Source: an uncultured Alphaproteobacteria bacterium (GTDB taxonomy: Bacteria; Pseudomonadota; Alphaproteobacteria; HIMB59; GCA-002718135). Taken from it: 61,920 nucleotides of DNA. A program made the position numbers and the translations under genes. The stretch's first letter is position 1, and the number at the start of each line of letters is the position of its first letter. The stretch is from contig CACJSL010000004.1 in NCBI GenBank assembly GCA_902596065.1, positions 1 to 61,920 on the forward strand, read 5' to 3'. The notes beneath the pieces are model-generated. The model had not been told where the DNA came from, did not search any database, and was given only the letters and a program-made list of their open reading frames with translations. Shown piece after piece: positions 41,221 to 52,287 of this stretch.

Positions 41221-42132
41221 TTATTTTTTAATTTCAATAATTGATTCAGCAAAATTTTTTGCATTAAATATTAGCAAATCTTCTTTTTTTTCTCCCATTC
41301 CAACAAAGTGTATAGGTAAATCATATTTTTTTGCTATAGCGATCAGTGCCCCACCTTTTGCAGTACCATCGATTTTTGTTATTATTAATCCTGTTACATC
41401 CATTGATTTGCTAAATATTTCAACTTGTTTAATCATATTTGATCCATTAGTTCCATCTAAAACTAAAATTATCTTTAGATCATCTTTATTTATATTTTTT
41501 TCTACAACAGTTTTAATCTTTATTAATTGATTTAATAAATTTGCATTATTTGATAGACGACCTGCAGTATCCAATATCACATAATCATACCCTTCACTTT
41601 TAGCCTTTAAAGTTGCATTGTATGCAACACTTGCGGGATCTTGATTAATCTTACCTTCATAAAAATCAACACTTTGTTTTACTGACCATTCTTTTAATTG
41701 TTCAACTGCAGCCGCCCTAAAAGTATCACAAGCCCCTATTAATATTTTTTTATCGGAAATAAAATTTATTACCTTTCCAATAGTGGTGGTTTTTCCACTT
41801 CCATTAACACCTATAAAAATTAATGCACCGGGCTTATTATCACTTTCTGAGACTAATGTTTTTTCTTTAGACTTAAGAATTTGTTCTATTTCATCACACA
41901 ATATTTTTAAAACTAAATTAGAGTCTTCTTTACCTGATAATTTTGAGGATTTTATTTTTTCAATTAAATGATTAGTTACTTCAATTCCTATATCACTCGA
42001 AAGTAAAATATTTTCAATTTCATCAATAACTTCTTGGTCAATTTTATTTTTTGCTAAAACGTTTAATAAACTTGAAGAGAAAATAGTTGAAGTTTTGTTT
42101 AATCCAATCTGAAATTTTTTAAAAATATTCAT
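41221..42132 (-). CDS. ftsY: SRP receptor FtsY (NG domain only)
   Basis: GVNGSGKTTT, DTFRAAA, DTAGR and TKIDGTAKGG motifs. Confidence 0.96.
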   Translation of the reverse strand: MNIFKKFQIGLNKTSTIFSSSLLNVLAKNKIDQEVIDEIENILLSSDIGIEVTNHLIEKIKSSKLSGKEDSNLVLKILCDEIEQILKSKEKTLVSESDNKPGALIFIGVNGSGKTTTIGKVINFISDKKILIGACDTFRAAAVEQLKEWSVKQSVDFYEGKINQDPASVAYNATLKAKSEGYDYVILDTAGRLSNNANLLNQLIKIKTVVEKNINKDDLKIILVLDGTNGSNMIKQVEIFSKSMDVTGLIITKIDGTAKGGALIAIAKKYDLPIHFVGMGEKKEDLLIFNAKNFAESIIEIKK

Positions 42133-42136
42133 TAAA

Positions 42137-43399
42137 TTAGATAATATTTCCCTCTAAGATATTGTCATTAAAATCTGTAATTTTACAATTTATTATTTGA
42201 CCTATATGCATTTTTTTATCAATTTTAGTTTTAATAAAATGTTGAGACTTTCCAAATGATGAATTATTTTTTACTTCTTCAACTAATACAGAGGCATAAT
42301 TACCAATTTGTTTTTTTAATAATTTCTTCATTTCCTTATTTCCTGCTTCTCTTAATAATTTTGCTCTTTTTTTAATTATTTCTCGAGGAACTTGTGGCAT
42401 TCTTGCTGCTGGAGTACCTTCTCTTGGAGAATATGGAAAAATATGTAAGTGTGTTAAATTACATTCTTCAATCATAGACAGTGAATCTTTAAACATAATT
42501 TCTGTTTCTGTAGGAAAGCCAGCAATAATATCTGCTCCCAGAACTACATCAGGTCTAAATGATCTAATTTTTTTACAGAAATCAGTCACTTGTTTATTAT
42601 TATGTCTTCTTTTCATCCTTTTTAAAATTAAATCGTTTCCAGCTTGTAAGCTTAAATGAAAATGGGGCATAATTCTCTTATCACTAAGTAGTGGCCAGAA
42701 GTCATCATTTATTTCAGCACAATCAATTGACGATAGTCTCAATTGTTTTAGCTGTGGCACTAAATTGAGGATTCGTTTGATAAGTTGAAAAAGATTTGGT
42801 TTACCTGGCAAATCTTTTCCATAATCTGTTATATCTACTCCTGTTAAAACAATTTCATTATAACCATTATCTACAAGTTTTGTAATGCGATTTACAATTA
42901 CCCCTACAGGTACACTTCTATTGTTACCTCTACCAAAAGGGATAATACAGAATGTGCAACGATGATCACACCCCTGTTGTATTTCAATATATGCTCTCGA
43001 TTTACCTTCAAATTTTTCAATTGAATTATTATGTAATTTATTATCTGAAAAAATATTATTAACTTTAATAGGGTCATTATTTGATAAATTATTCCAAGTT
43101 GAACTTTCTAATTTTTCTTTGTTTCCTATTACAAAGTCAACATTACTTATTTTAGAATATTTTTTGGGATTAATTTGTGCAGCACACCCAGTTACAATAA
43201 TTTTTTTATCTGGGGAGTATTTTTTTGATTTTCTAATCTCATACAATACTTTTTTTTCAGCTTGTTCAGTTACAGCACAAGAGTTGATTATTGTATAATT
43301 TTTAATATCACTTTTTTTTACTAAAGTGTTCATCACCTCACCTTCAAAAATGTTCAATCTACAGCCAAGATTGACAATATCTACTCTATTTTTTTTCAT
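42137..43399 (-). CDS. mtaB: tRNA t6A37 methylthiotransferase MtaB
   Basis: LGCRLNIFE, NSCAVT and radical SAM motif CDHRCTFC. Confidence 0.93.
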   Translation of the reverse strand: MKKNRVDIVNLGCRLNIFEGEVMNTLVKKSDIKNYTIINSCAVTEQAEKKVLYEIRKSKKYSPDKKIIVTGCAAQINPKKYSKISNVDFVIGNKEKLESSTWNNLSNNDPIKVNNIFSDNKLHNNSIEKFEGKSRAYIEIQQGCDHRCTFCIIPFGRGNNRSVPVGVIVNRITKLVDNGYNEIVLTGVDITDYGKDLPGKPNLFQLIKRILNLVPQLKQLRLSSIDCAEINDDFWPLLSDKRIMPHFHLSLQAGNDLILKRMKRRHNNKQVTDFCKKIRSFRPDVVLGADIIAGFPTETEIMFKDSLSMIEECNLTHLHIFPYSPREGTPAARMPQVPREIIKKRAKLLREAGNKEMKKLLKKQIGNYASVLVEEVKNNSSFGKSQHFIKTKIDKKMHIGQIINCKITDFNDNILEGNII

Positions 43400-43402
43400 A
43401 AT

Positions 43403-44224
43403 TTAGTAATCTAAACTTCCGTAAAAACTTACCTCTGCAGGCCCTGTCATTATTGCTTCATCATTAACTATGTTTATATATAATGATCCTCTTTCTAAAA
43501 TTACCTCAACTTCATTTTCAAGAAGGTCTTTCAATGTTCCAGCATATACTGAAGCACAAGCTCCGCTTCCACAGGCTAGTGTAATTCCAGCACCTCGCTC
43601 CCATACTCTTAATTTAATTTTATTCCTATTTATGATTTCCACAAGCTCAACATTTATTTTGTTAGGAAAAAACTTATGATTTTCTATACTAGGTCCTATA
43701 ACTTCTAAATCCACATCATTTATATTTTGTCCAAAAAAAACTAAATGAGGATTACCAATATTAACAGCTACTCCTTTACTAAAGTCATTTATTTTTATTG
43801 GAACATTCATGGTATCCATATCTTTTATTATGGGGATTTTTTTCCAATTAGTTGTAAGCTTTCCTAAATTGACACTAATATTGTTATCTTTTTGTTTAGC
43901 GACTAAAATTCCAGCATCAGAAAGTATTTTGATATCATTTTTATTTAGCTCTTCAAATAATAATTTTGCTACACATCTTGTTCCATTTCCACAAGCTTCT
44001 GCTTGATCACCACTAGGATTATATATTTTTATTTCAGCATCTATATCAATATCTTTTTTACTGCTGTTATTAATAGTGATTAATTGATCACAACCAGCGC
44101 CACTTTTTCTGTCACTTAATTTGCTTATTAACTCTTTTGTAATGTTAATTTCATTGACTCTTCTATCAATGATGACAAAATCATTACCTAGGCCGTGCAT
44201 TTTGATAAAATTTATTTTTTGCAT
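43403..44224 (-). CDS. dapF: Diaminopimelate epimerase
   Basis: KMHGLGNDF, ACGNGTRC and ERGAGITLACGSG motifs; start placed at ATG 44224. Confidence 0.96.
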   Translation of the reverse strand: MQKINFIKMHGLGNDFVIIDRRVNEINITKELISKLSDRKSGAGCDQLITINNSSKKDIDIDAEIKIYNPSGDQAEACGNGTRCVAKLLFEELNKNDIKILSDAGILVAKQKDNNISVNLGKLTTNWKKIPIIKDMDTMNVPIKINDFSKGVAVNIGNPHLVFFGQNINDVDLEVIGPSIENHKFFPNKINVELVEIINRNKIKLRVWERGAGITLACGSGACASVYAGTLKDLLENEVEVILERGSLYINIVNDEAIMTGPAEVSFYGSLDY

Positions 44225-44349
44225 AAAAATGCTTTTATGACTGTTTTTTCGAAGAATTCCAGTAAAAATTCCATCACTTATCAAATCTTGACTTTAATGC
44301 TCTATTTCAATATGCGTTCCTTAAAATTCATTAAATGAAATTTTATTAA

Positions 44350-44405
44350 CTTATCAGTTTTGATAGGTACATCAGCCCACGAGTTTCGTGCCCTGGTGTG
44401 AAAGG
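44350..44405 (+). ncRNA. ffh leader RNA motif (cis-regulatory)
   Basis: Hairpin CTTATCA/TGATAGG, then TACATCAG-cc-CACGA-gtt-TCGTG-cc-CTGGTGTG directly 5' of ffh; TTGACT -35 at 44288-44293. An ffh leader motif is known in alphaproteobacteria. Confidence 0.65.
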
Positions 44406-44417
44406 TTATTTGATATT

Positions 44418-45785
44418 ATGTTTGAAACATTAAATGAAAGATTAGAAAAAATTGTCAACTCTATTAGAGGCAAGGCAGTAATTTCAGAGTCAGATCTTGA
44501 TACTACTATGAGAGAAATAAGAATTTCTCTTCTAGAGGCCGATGTAGCTCTTTCAGTAGTTAAGAGTTTTGTAGATAACATAAAATCAAATATTTTAGGT
44601 AAAGAAGTTTTAAAATCAATAAAACCTGATCAAATGATTATTAAATTAGTTCAAGACGAACTAATTAAAATTCTTGGTGATAATAATGAGCCTTTAAATA
44701 TTCAAAAAAATAGTTTAACAAAAATTCTTTTCTGTGGACTTCAAGGATCAGGTAAAACGACAACTGTTGCAAAAATTGCAAATGACATTAAAAAAAATAC
44801 AAAGAAAAAAATTTTATTAGTTTCAGTTGATATTTATCGTCCAGCAGCCCAAGAACAATTAAAGGTATTAGCTAATCAAATTGATGTAGACTTTTATGAT
44901 AGCAAAAACTCTGATTCTGTTAATAATATATTAAGCGAATCATTAAATTTTGCAGAGAAAAATTTAATAGATATTATTTTATTAGACACAGCTGGAAGGC
45001 AAGTCATTGATGAAGCAATGATGAAGGAGTTAAAAGACATAAATGAATTTTTTAGTCCTAATGAAACACTTCTAGTAGCTGATTCTTTAACTGGCCAAGA
45101 TGCAGCAAACATAGCTAAAAGTTTTAGTAATACTGTAAATATTACTGGATCTATTCTAACTAGAATTGATGGAGATGGAAGAGGAGGGGCAGCCTTATCA
45201 ATAAAATCAATAACTGGAGCTCCAATCAAGTTTATAGGTACAGGAGAAAAAATTGATCAACTTGAAGCTTTTTATCCTGAAAGAATAGCTAATAGAATTC
45301 TTGGGATGGGAGACATTGTTTCATTAGTAGAAAAAGCTTCTGAAAATATAGATCAACAAGAAGCAGAAATTTTAGCAAAAAAAATGGCTAAAGGTAATTT
45401 TGATTTAGAAGATTTTGCGAAACAACTTAAGCAAATGGGCAAGATGGGAGGAGTATCAGGTATTATGTCTATGCTACCAGGAATTTCAAAAGCACAAAAA
45501 CTAATGGCTGAAAATAAAATATCAGATGACATGATTAAACATCAGATTGCAATAATTAATTCAATGACAAAAAAAGAGAAATCTAATCCTGATTTAATTA
45601 AAGCATCAAGAAAAATTCGTATCTCCAAAGGATCTGGCACTAGAGTGCAAGATGTAAACAAATTATTAAAACAGTTTCTTCAATCTCAAAAGATGATGAA
45701 AAAAATGAAATCCATGGGAAAAGGCGGTCTTCCAAGTGATTTTATGAATAAATTACAAGGAAAATTACCGCCAAATTTAAATTGA
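44418..45785 (+). CDS. ffh: Signal recognition particle protein
   Basis: MFETL.ERL start, GLQGSGKTTT, DTAGR, RILGMGD and a Met-rich M domain. Confidence 0.98.
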   Translation: MFETLNERLEKIVNSIRGKAVISESDLDTTMREIRISLLEADVALSVVKSFVDNIKSNILGKEVLKSIKPDQMIIKLVQDELIKILGDNNEPLNIQKNSLTKILFCGLQGSGKTTTVAKIANDIKKNTKKKILLVSVDIYRPAAQEQLKVLANQIDVDFYDSKNSDSVNNILSESLNFAEKNLIDIILLDTAGRQVIDEAMMKELKDINEFFSPNETLLVADSLTGQDAANIAKSFSNTVNITGSILTRIDGDGRGGAALSIKSITGAPIKFIGTGEKIDQLEAFYPERIANRILGMGDIVSLVEKASENIDQQEAEILAKKMAKGNFDLEDFAKQLKQMGKMGGVSGIMSMLPGISKAQKLMAENKISDDMIKHQIAIINSMTKKEKSNPDLIKASRKIRISKGSGTRVQDVNKLLKQFLQSQKMMKKMKSMGKGGLPSDFMNKLQGKLPPNLN

Positions 45786-45802
45786 TTTAGAAAGGAAAAA
45801 AT

Positions 45803-46240
45803 ATGCCAGTTAGAATTAGACTATCAAGAGGGGGAGCAAAAAAAAGACCATATTATAGAATAGTTGTTGCAGACTCTAGGCGTGCCAGAGATGGTAAATT
45901 TATTGAACAGATAGGTACATATAACCCAATGTTAACAAAAGATAATCCAGAAAGAGTAAAAGTAGATTTAGACAAAGCAAAAGATTGGATTGGAAAAGGT
46001 GCACAACCAAGTAACAGAGTTCAGTTGTTTTTAAGCTCTATGGGTGTTGGAGAAAAACCTATTATTACTGAAAAAACAAAAAAACATCTTCCAAAGAAAA
46101 AAACAAAAGAAAAATCTGAAGAAAAACCTGCAGAAGTTAAAGCAGAAGAAAAACCTGCAGAAGCTAAAGCAGAAGAAAAACCTGCAGAAGCTAAAGCAGA
46201 AGAAAAACCTGCAGAAGAAAAACCTGCAGAGGAGAAGTAG
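45803..46240 (+). CDS. rpsP: 30S ribosomal protein S16 with repetitive C-terminal tail
   Basis: [27 protein letters not shown] and GAQPS motifs. Confidence 0.98.
   Translation: MPVRIRLSRGGAKKRPYYRIVVADSRRARDGKFIEQIGTYNPMLTKDNPERVKVDLDKAKDWIGKGAQPSNRVQLFLSSMGVGEKPIITEKTKKHLPKKKTKEKSEEKPAEVKAEEKPAEAKAEEKPAEAKAEEKPAEEKPAEEK
46118..46237 (+). repeat. Coding tandem repeat in rpsP: 3 x 27 bp (EEKPAE[V/A]KA) plus 2 x 15 bp (EEKPA)
   Basis: GAAGAAAAACCTGCAGAAG[T/C]TAAAGCA at 46118, 46145 and 46172; GAAGAAAAACCTGCA at 46199 and 46214. Confidence 0.95.
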
Positions 46241-46276
46241 AAATTATAAATTTTAAATATTTAATAGTTAAGTAAA

Positions 46277-46786
46277 ATGAAAAAAAATCAATTGGTTCTC
46301 GTTGGCTCTTTTGGCAACCCCAGAGGTTTAAAGGGCGATATAAGTATCAATATTTTTATGTCTAATTTAAAATCTTTTAAAATGTTAAAAGAATTTTTTT
46401 TAGAAGAAAATAAAACAATTTTACATTTTACTTATTTTAAAAAAATAGGATCTAAATATATAGCTAGTTTAGATAAATGCTGTGATAGAAACACTGCATT
46501 ATCATTTAAAGGAAAAAATATTTACTCTTATAGAAAAAACTTTCCAAAATTAAAAAAAAAAGAGTTTTATTCTTCAGATTTAATTGGTTGTAAAGTTACA
46601 AATACAAAAAATAAGTTTCTTGGAATTGTTAAAGATTTAAAAAATTTTGGAGCAGGTGATTTACTTGAAATTTATGATGAAAAGAAAAAGATTTTTTTTA
46701 TTCCAATGGATAAAAATAACATTGTAAGCGTTGATATTGTAAATAATATCATAATTACTGATCCTTTATTGGGGCTTATAGACTGA
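46277..46786 (+). CDS. rimM: 16S rRNA processing protein RimM
   Basis: GLKG, EFY..DLIGC and NFGAGDLLEI motifs; operon position. Confidence 0.92.
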   Translation: MKKNQLVLVGSFGNPRGLKGDISINIFMSNLKSFKMLKEFFLEENKTILHFTYFKKIGSKYIASLDKCCDRNTALSFKGKNIYSYRKNFPKLKKKEFYSSDLIGCKVTNTKNKFLGIVKDLKNFGAGDLLEIYDEKKKIFFIPMDKNNIVSVDIVNNIIITDPLLGLID

Positions 46787-47496
46787 TGTTAGATATTAAA
46801 ATATTAACTGCTTACCCTAATATGTTTCCTGGGACATTGAATCATTCTTTAATTGGAAGCGCATTAAAAGAGAAAAAATGGACGCTTGAAGTGATTAATT
46901 TACATAATTTTGGTTACGATAATAATAAAAGTATTGATGATGAGCCTTTTGGAGGTGGTCCTGGCATGATTATTCGTGCTGACGTAGTAGAAAAAGCCTT
47001 ACTTTCTATAGAATATCCAAATAATATTAAGAGAAAATTGATATATTTAACTCCTTCAGGCAAGCCATTAAAACAAGCAAATTTATTAGAATTTTCAAGA
47101 TTTGACCAATTAATTATACTTTGTGGGAGATTTGAGGGGGTAGACCAGAGAGCAATAAATGTTTTAGATTTCACAGAAATTAGCATTGGAGATTATATTT
47201 TAATGGGAGGAGAAACAGCAGCTCAAGTATTAGTTGAAGGTTGTATTCGTTTGCTTCCTGGAGTATTAGGGCAACCTAAAAGTTTATTAGAAGAAAGTTT
47301 TTCTAATGACCTTTTGGAGTATCCGCATTATACCAGACCTAAAGTTTGGAAAGATACTAATAACAATAATCATGAAATTCCTGAAGTTTTAATTTCAGGT
47401 CATCATGAAAAGATTAAAGAGTGGAGATTAAAAAAGTCTATTGAGAGAACTAAAATAACTAGACCAGATTTATTAATTAAAGACAAAAAAGCATAA
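46786..47496 (+). CDS. trmD: tRNA (guanine37-N1)-methyltransferase
   Basis: [30 protein letters not shown] and LEYPHYTRP motifs. Confidence 0.98.
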   Translation: MLDIKILTAYPNMFPGTLNHSLIGSALKEKKWTLEVINLHNFGYDNNKSIDDEPFGGGPGMIIRADVVEKALLSIEYPNNIKRKLIYLTPSGKPLKQANLLEFSRFDQLIILCGRFEGVDQRAINVLDFTEISIGDYILMGGETAAQVLVEGCIRLLPGVLGQPKSLLEESFSNDLLEYPHYTRPKVWKDTNNNNHEIPEVLISGHHEKIKEWRLKKSIERTKITRPDLLIKDKKA

Positions 47497-47504
47497 GGAA
47501 AAAA

Positions 47505-48125
47505 ATGAATAATTTATTAGAAAAATTTGAAAAAAAACAAATTGAAAATCTTACTTCAAAAAAAAGAATTCCTGCTTTTCGTCCTGGAGATACAATCAAG
47601 GTGACTTTAAAGATTACTGAAGGTGATAAATCGCGTCTACAATCTTTTGAAGGAATGTGCATTTCAAGAAAAAATAATTCAGTTAATTCAAAATTTACTT
47701 TAAGAAAAATTTCTCATGGTGAAGGCGTAGAAAGAGTATTTCCTCTTTTTGGTGCTAACATAGATAAAATAGAAGTTATACGTAAAGGTAATGTTAAAAG
47801 AGCTAAATTATATTATCTTCGTGATCGAACAGGGAAAAGTGCTCGAATTGCAGATCGCGATAGAGGTGATGAAATTGATCAATATGCGATGATGGCAGAA
47901 AAACCAATATCAGAAGAAAGTTCTAAAGAAACTTCAATCGAAGCAAACCAAACTGAATCAATAGAACAAAGCGCTGAACCTAAAGTGGAAGAAGAACAAA
48001 TAAAAAAAGAAGCAACTGAGCAACCTGTTAATGAAGAAAAAAAAGAAGATACGCAAAAAGAATCAGTAAAATCAGAAGCTTCTGCTGAAGAAACTGAAAA
48101 AAAAACGGATGAGCAATCCAAATAA
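47505..48125 (+). CDS. rplS: 50S ribosomal protein L19 with acidic C-terminal extension
   Basis: [20 protein letters not shown] and RAKLYYLR motifs. Confidence 0.97.
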   Translation: MNNLLEKFEKKQIENLTSKKRIPAFRPGDTIKVTLKITEGDKSRLQSFEGMCISRKNNSVNSKFTLRKISHGEGVERVFPLFGANIDKIEVIRKGNVKRAKLYYLRDRTGKSARIADRDRGDEIDQYAMMAEKPISEESSKETSIEANQTESIEQSAEPKVEEEQIKKEATEQPVNEEKKEDTQKESVKSEASAEETEKKTDEQSK

Positions 48126-49512
48126 TAAAACATTATTTGATAAAATTTGGTCTCATCATCTTGTCCACCAACAAGAAGATGGTACTTGTCTAATATATAT
48201 TGATCGTCATTTAGTTCACGAGGTAACAAGCCCTCAAGCATTTGAGGGTTTGAGAGACAATAATAGAAAAGTACATCGTCCTGAAAGTACCTTTGCTGTT
48301 GCTGATCATAACGTTCCTACCTCCGATAGATCTAAGGGTATTGATAATGAAGAAAGTAGAATACAAGTAGAAACACTAGAAAATAACTGTAAAGAATTTG
48401 GAGTTACTTTATTTCCTCTTTTAGATAAACGACAAGGTATAGTTCATATAGTCGGTCCCGAACAAGGTATTACTCAGCCAGGAATGACTATTGTATGTGG
48501 AGATAGTCACACTGCCACACACGGTGCTTTTGGTGCACTTGCTTTTGGAATAGGCACGAGTGAAGTAGAACATGTTTTAGCTAGTCAGACTCTTATTCAA
48601 CAACCTGCAAAAAATATGAAGATTGCTGTTAATGGAAAATTAAAATCTGGGGTTACAGCAAAAGATATTATTCTTCATATTATAGGCGTAATTGGTACAG
48701 CTGGAGGAACAGGTTATGTTATTGAATATACTGGTGATGCAATTCATTCACTTAGTATGGAAGGACGTATGACTATATGTAATATGAGTATAGAAGCTGG
48801 AGCAAGAGCTGGACTAATTGCCCCTGATCAAAAAACCTTTGATTATATTAAAGATAGACCATATGCACCTAAAGGATCAGAATGGGAAAAGGCCATTGAA
48901 TTTTGGAAGTCCTTACCTTCTGATGATGATGCAAAATATGATAAAGAAATAAATATTAATGCTGAAGACATTGCTCCTCAAATAACTTGGGGAACTAGTC
49001 CTCAAGATGTTGTGCCAATTAATGGAAAGGTTCCAAACCCTTCATCTGTTGAAGATGTTAATAGAAAAAAAGCAATTGAGCGATCACTTGAATATATGGG
49101 CTTAGAACCAGATCAAGAAATAAATGAAATTAAAATTGATAAGGTGTTTATTGGATCATGTACAAACGGTAGAATCGAGGACCTAAGAGAAGTTGCAAGA
49201 GTAGTTAAAGGAAAAAAAGTAAGTGTTGATTCAATGATTGTTCCTGGATCCGGTCTAGTAAAAGAGCAAGCAGAGAGTGAAGGATTAGATAAAATTTTTA
49301 TTGAAGCTGGCTTTGATTGGAGAGAACCAGGATGTTCAATGTGTTTAGCTATGAATCCAGATCAATTAAAACCAAGAGAAAGATGCGCTTCAACATCAAA
49401 TAGAAATTTTGAAGGAAGACAAGGCAGAGAAGGTAGAACACATTTAGTTAGTCCAGTTGTTGCTGCTGCATCTGCAATTAAAGGCTCATTTGCTCAGGAG
49501 ACTGATTTATAA
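48109..49512 (+). CDS. leuC: 3-isopropylmalate dehydratase large subunit
   Basis: [21 protein letters not shown] and GCSMCLAMN motifs. Confidence 0.98.
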   Translation: MSNPNNKTLFDKIWSHHLVHQQEDGTCLIYIDRHLVHEVTSPQAFEGLRDNNRKVHRPESTFAVADHNVPTSDRSKGIDNEESRIQVETLENNCKEFGVTLFPLLDKRQGIVHIVGPEQGITQPGMTIVCGDSHTATHGAFGALAFGIGTSEVEHVLASQTLIQQPAKNMKIAVNGKLKSGVTAKDIILHIIGVIGTAGGTGYVIEYTGDAIHSLSMEGRMTICNMSIEAGARAGLIAPDQKTFDYIKDRPYAPKGSEWEKAIEFWKSLPSDDDAKYDKEININAEDIAPQITWGTSPQDVVPINGKVPNPSSVEDVNRKKAIERSLEYMGLEPDQEINEIKIDKVFIGSCTNGRIEDLREVARVVKGKKVSVDSMIVPGSGLVKEQAESEGLDKIFIEAGFDWREPGCSMCLAMNPDQLKPRERCASTSNRNFEGRQGREGRTHLVSPVVAAASAIKGSFAQETDL

Positions 49513-50114
49513 TGGACAAATTCATAACTTTAAAAGGTATTGCAGCTCCCCTCCCTATGATCAATGTTGATACAGATATGATCATACCAAAACAATTTTT
49601 AAAAACAATTAAACGTTCTGGTTTGGGAAAAAATCTTTTTCATGAATTAAGATTTGATATGCAAGGTAATATAAAAAATGATTTTGTCTTAAATTGGGAT
49701 CCTTATAAAAAAGCAACTATTCTTATCGCAGGTGATAACTTTGGCTGTGGTTCAAGTAGAGAACATGCGCCTTGGTCTTTATTAGATTTTGGATTTAAGT
49801 GTATTGTTGCCCCAAGTTTTGCTGATATTTTTTATAATAATTGTTTTAAAAATGGCATTCTTCCTATTCGCTTAAATCAAGAAAAAGTGAATATATTAAT
49901 GACAGAAGCAAAAAATAAAAATCAATTAACCATAAATCTTGATGAGCAAATAATCATTTTAGAAGATGAAAATGCTATTGAGTTTGATATTGATCCCTTT
50001 AGAAAAAAATGTTTGATAGAAGGCCTTGATGATATTGGTTTAACACTTCAAAAAAAAGATAAAATTTCTAAATATGAAGAAAATATTAAGTCATCTCATC
50101 CTTGGATAATATAA
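49512..50114 (+). CDS. leuD: 3-isopropylmalate dehydratase small subunit
   Basis: [13 protein letters not shown] and [11 protein letters not shown] motifs. Confidence 0.98.
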   Translation: MDKFITLKGIAAPLPMINVDTDMIIPKQFLKTIKRSGLGKNLFHELRFDMQGNIKNDFVLNWDPYKKATILIAGDNFGCGSSREHAPWSLLDFGFKCIVAPSFADIFYNNCFKNGILPIRLNQEKVNILMTEAKNKNQLTINLDEQIIILEDENAIEFDIDPFRKKCLIEGLDDIGLTLQKKDKISKYEENIKSSHPWII

Positions 50115-50115
50115 A

Positions 50116-51228
50116 ATGAGTAATAAAAAAATTCTTATTTTGCCTGGCGATGGTATTGGCAATGAGGTTATGGCTGAAGTTCTCAAAATTATTGATTGGA
50201 TGGAGAAAACCAAATCTATATCTTTTGATATTTCTGAGAGATTAGTTGGTGGAGCTGCATATAACAAAGAAGGTAACTCTATTAGTGATGAAACAATGCA
50301 GATTGCTTTGGACTCAGATGCTGTTTTATTTGGTGCAGTAGGTGGGCCTAAATGGGAAAATGTCGAAAGAGAAAAAAGACCAGAAGCTGCGTTATTAAGA
50401 TTAAGGAAAGATTTAGACCTTTTTGCAAATTTAAGACCTGCTGTTGTATTAGATGCTTTAGCAGAATCTTCTTCTTTAAAATCAGATTTAGTAAAGGGAT
50501 TAGATATATTAATTGTCCGAGAATTAACAAGTGGAGTGTATTTTGGCCAGCCAAGAGGTATTTCTAAAATTAGTGATACAGAAAGTAAAGCTATCGATAC
50601 TCAAGCTTATACCACATCTGAAATTGAGAGAGTTTCAAGAGTTGCTTTTGATTTAGCAAAATTGAGAAGAAATAAAGTTTCATCAGCTGAAAAATCTAAT
50701 GTAATGGAAACTGGATTATTTTGGAGAAATATTGTTACTGATTTACATAAAAAAGAATATGATTCGGTCAATCTTGAACATATCTTAGCTGATAATTGTG
50801 CAATGCAACTTGTTCGATATCCTAAACAATTTGATGTTATTCTAACAGACAATCTTTTTGGTGATTTACTTAGTGATACTGCTGCAATGTTAACCGGTTC
50901 ACTTGGTATGCTACCATCAGCGTCACTTGGATCATTAAAGGAAAATGGCTCTAGAGCGGCCATGTACGAACCAGTTCATGGAAGCGCGCCAGATATAGCC
51001 GGTCAATCAAAAGCAAATCCTCTCGCAATGATTATGAGTTTTGCTATGATGCTTAAATATAGTTTTAATATGCAAGAGGATAGTGAACTAGTTGAGAAAG
51101 CTGTGCAAAATGTTTTATTAAAAGGTCTTAGAACTGCAGATATTAAAGACGGTGCAAAAAAAATAATTTCTACTAAAGAAATGGGCGATGCTGTAATAGA
51201 GGAATTAAAAATATTATCAGGAAATTAG
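50116..51228 (+). CDS. leuB: 3-isopropylmalate dehydrogenase
   Basis: [16 protein letters not shown] and [12 protein letters not shown] motifs. Confidence 0.98.
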   Translation: MSNKKILILPGDGIGNEVMAEVLKIIDWMEKTKSISFDISERLVGGAAYNKEGNSISDETMQIALDSDAVLFGAVGGPKWENVEREKRPEAALLRLRKDLDLFANLRPAVVLDALAESSSLKSDLVKGLDILIVRELTSGVYFGQPRGISKISDTESKAIDTQAYTTSEIERVSRVAFDLAKLRRNKVSSAEKSNVMETGLFWRNIVTDLHKKEYDSVNLEHILADNCAMQLVRYPKQFDVILTDNLFGDLLSDTAAMLTGSLGMLPSASLGSLKENGSRAAMYEPVHGSAPDIAGQSKANPLAMIMSFAMMLKYSFNMQEDSELVEKAVQNVLLKGLRTADIKDGAKKIISTKEMGDAVIEELKILSGN

Positions 51229-52269
51229 ATGACACGAAAATATAATATAGCAGTTGCAGGAGCAACAGGAGCAGTTGGCAGTGAAATAATTCAAATTTTA
51301 GAACAAAGAAATTTTCCAATTGATAATCTTTATTTACTTGCATCATCAAAATCTAAAGGTAAAAAATTAGAATTTAAAGACAAGGAGATTATTGTTGAAG
51401 ATTTGACTGAATTTGATTTTTCAAAAGCTCATATAGGTTTGTTTTCTCCAGGTGGTAAAATTTCAGCTGAATATGCTCCTAAAGCTGCTAATGCTGGATG
51501 TATAGTTATTGACAACACTTCTCATTTTAGAATGCAAAGAAATATTCCTCTAATAGTTCCTGAAGTTAATGCAAATACTCTAGAAGAATTTTTTCAAGAT
51601 GAAGAAAGAATAAATATCATTTCAAACCCGAATTGCTCAACAATTCAAATGGTGGTTGCTTTAAAACCACTTCATGAAAAATCAATCATAAATAGAGTTG
51701 TAGTTTCAACATATCAAGCTGTATCAGGAGCAGGCAAAACAGGAATGGATGAGTTATTTAATCAAACTCAAAATGTGTATGCAAATCAAGAATTAAAAAA
51801 AGAAAAGTTTACCAAACAAATAGCTTTCAATGCAATTCCTCATATAGGTGCTTTTTTAGAAAACGGTAATACTGAAGAAGAGCAAAAAATGATTGATGAA
51901 ACAAAAAAAATTTTAGATGAAGGAATTAAAGTCTCAGCAACATGTGTTAGAACAGCAGTGTTTATTGGTCATTCAGAAGCTATAAATATTGAATTTGATT
52001 CCCCAATGGATTCTAAAGAGGCTCATGATATTCTATCTAATTCTGATGGTATTTCAGTTATTGATCATAGAAAAGATGAGGGATACGTAACTCCTGTTGA
52101 AATAGCTGGTGAAGATAAAGTTTATATAAGTAGAATTAGAAATGATGATACAATTGATAATGGTTTAAGTTTGTGGGTTGTATCAGATAATCTTCGTAAG
52201 GGAGCTGCCTTAAATGCTGTTCAGATAGCTGAAACTATAATAAAAGATTATGATCAGTATATTCAATAA
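51229..52269 (+). CDS. asd: Aspartate-semialdehyde dehydrogenase
   Basis: GATGAVG, NPNCSTIQ, TYQAVSGAG and DNLRKGAALNAVQ motifs. Confidence 0.98.
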   Translation: MTRKYNIAVAGATGAVGSEIIQILEQRNFPIDNLYLLASSKSKGKKLEFKDKEIIVEDLTEFDFSKAHIGLFSPGGKISAEYAPKAANAGCIVIDNTSHFRMQRNIPLIVPEVNANTLEEFFQDEERINIISNPNCSTIQMVVALKPLHEKSIINRVVVSTYQAVSGAGKTGMDELFNQTQNVYANQELKKEKFTKQIAFNAIPHIGAFLENGNTEEEQKMIDETKKILDEGIKVSATCVRTAVFIGHSEAINIEFDSPMDSKEAHDILSNSDGISVIDHRKDEGYVTPVEIAGEDKVYISRIRNDDTIDNGLSLWVVSDNLRKGAALNAVQIAETIIKDYDQYIQ

Positions 52270-52287
52270 ATTAGTTTTTTTAATATT

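Noticed and set aside
44225-44417. Longer starts for dapF (44284) and ffh (44388)
   Set aside because: Family N-termini begin at 44224 and 44418; the extensions run through promoter or leader sequence.
46044-46256. Lys/Gln-rich alternative-frame ORF and possible CRISPR-like repeat in rpsP
   Set aside because: A by-product of the in-frame coding repeat; there are no spacers and no cas genes.
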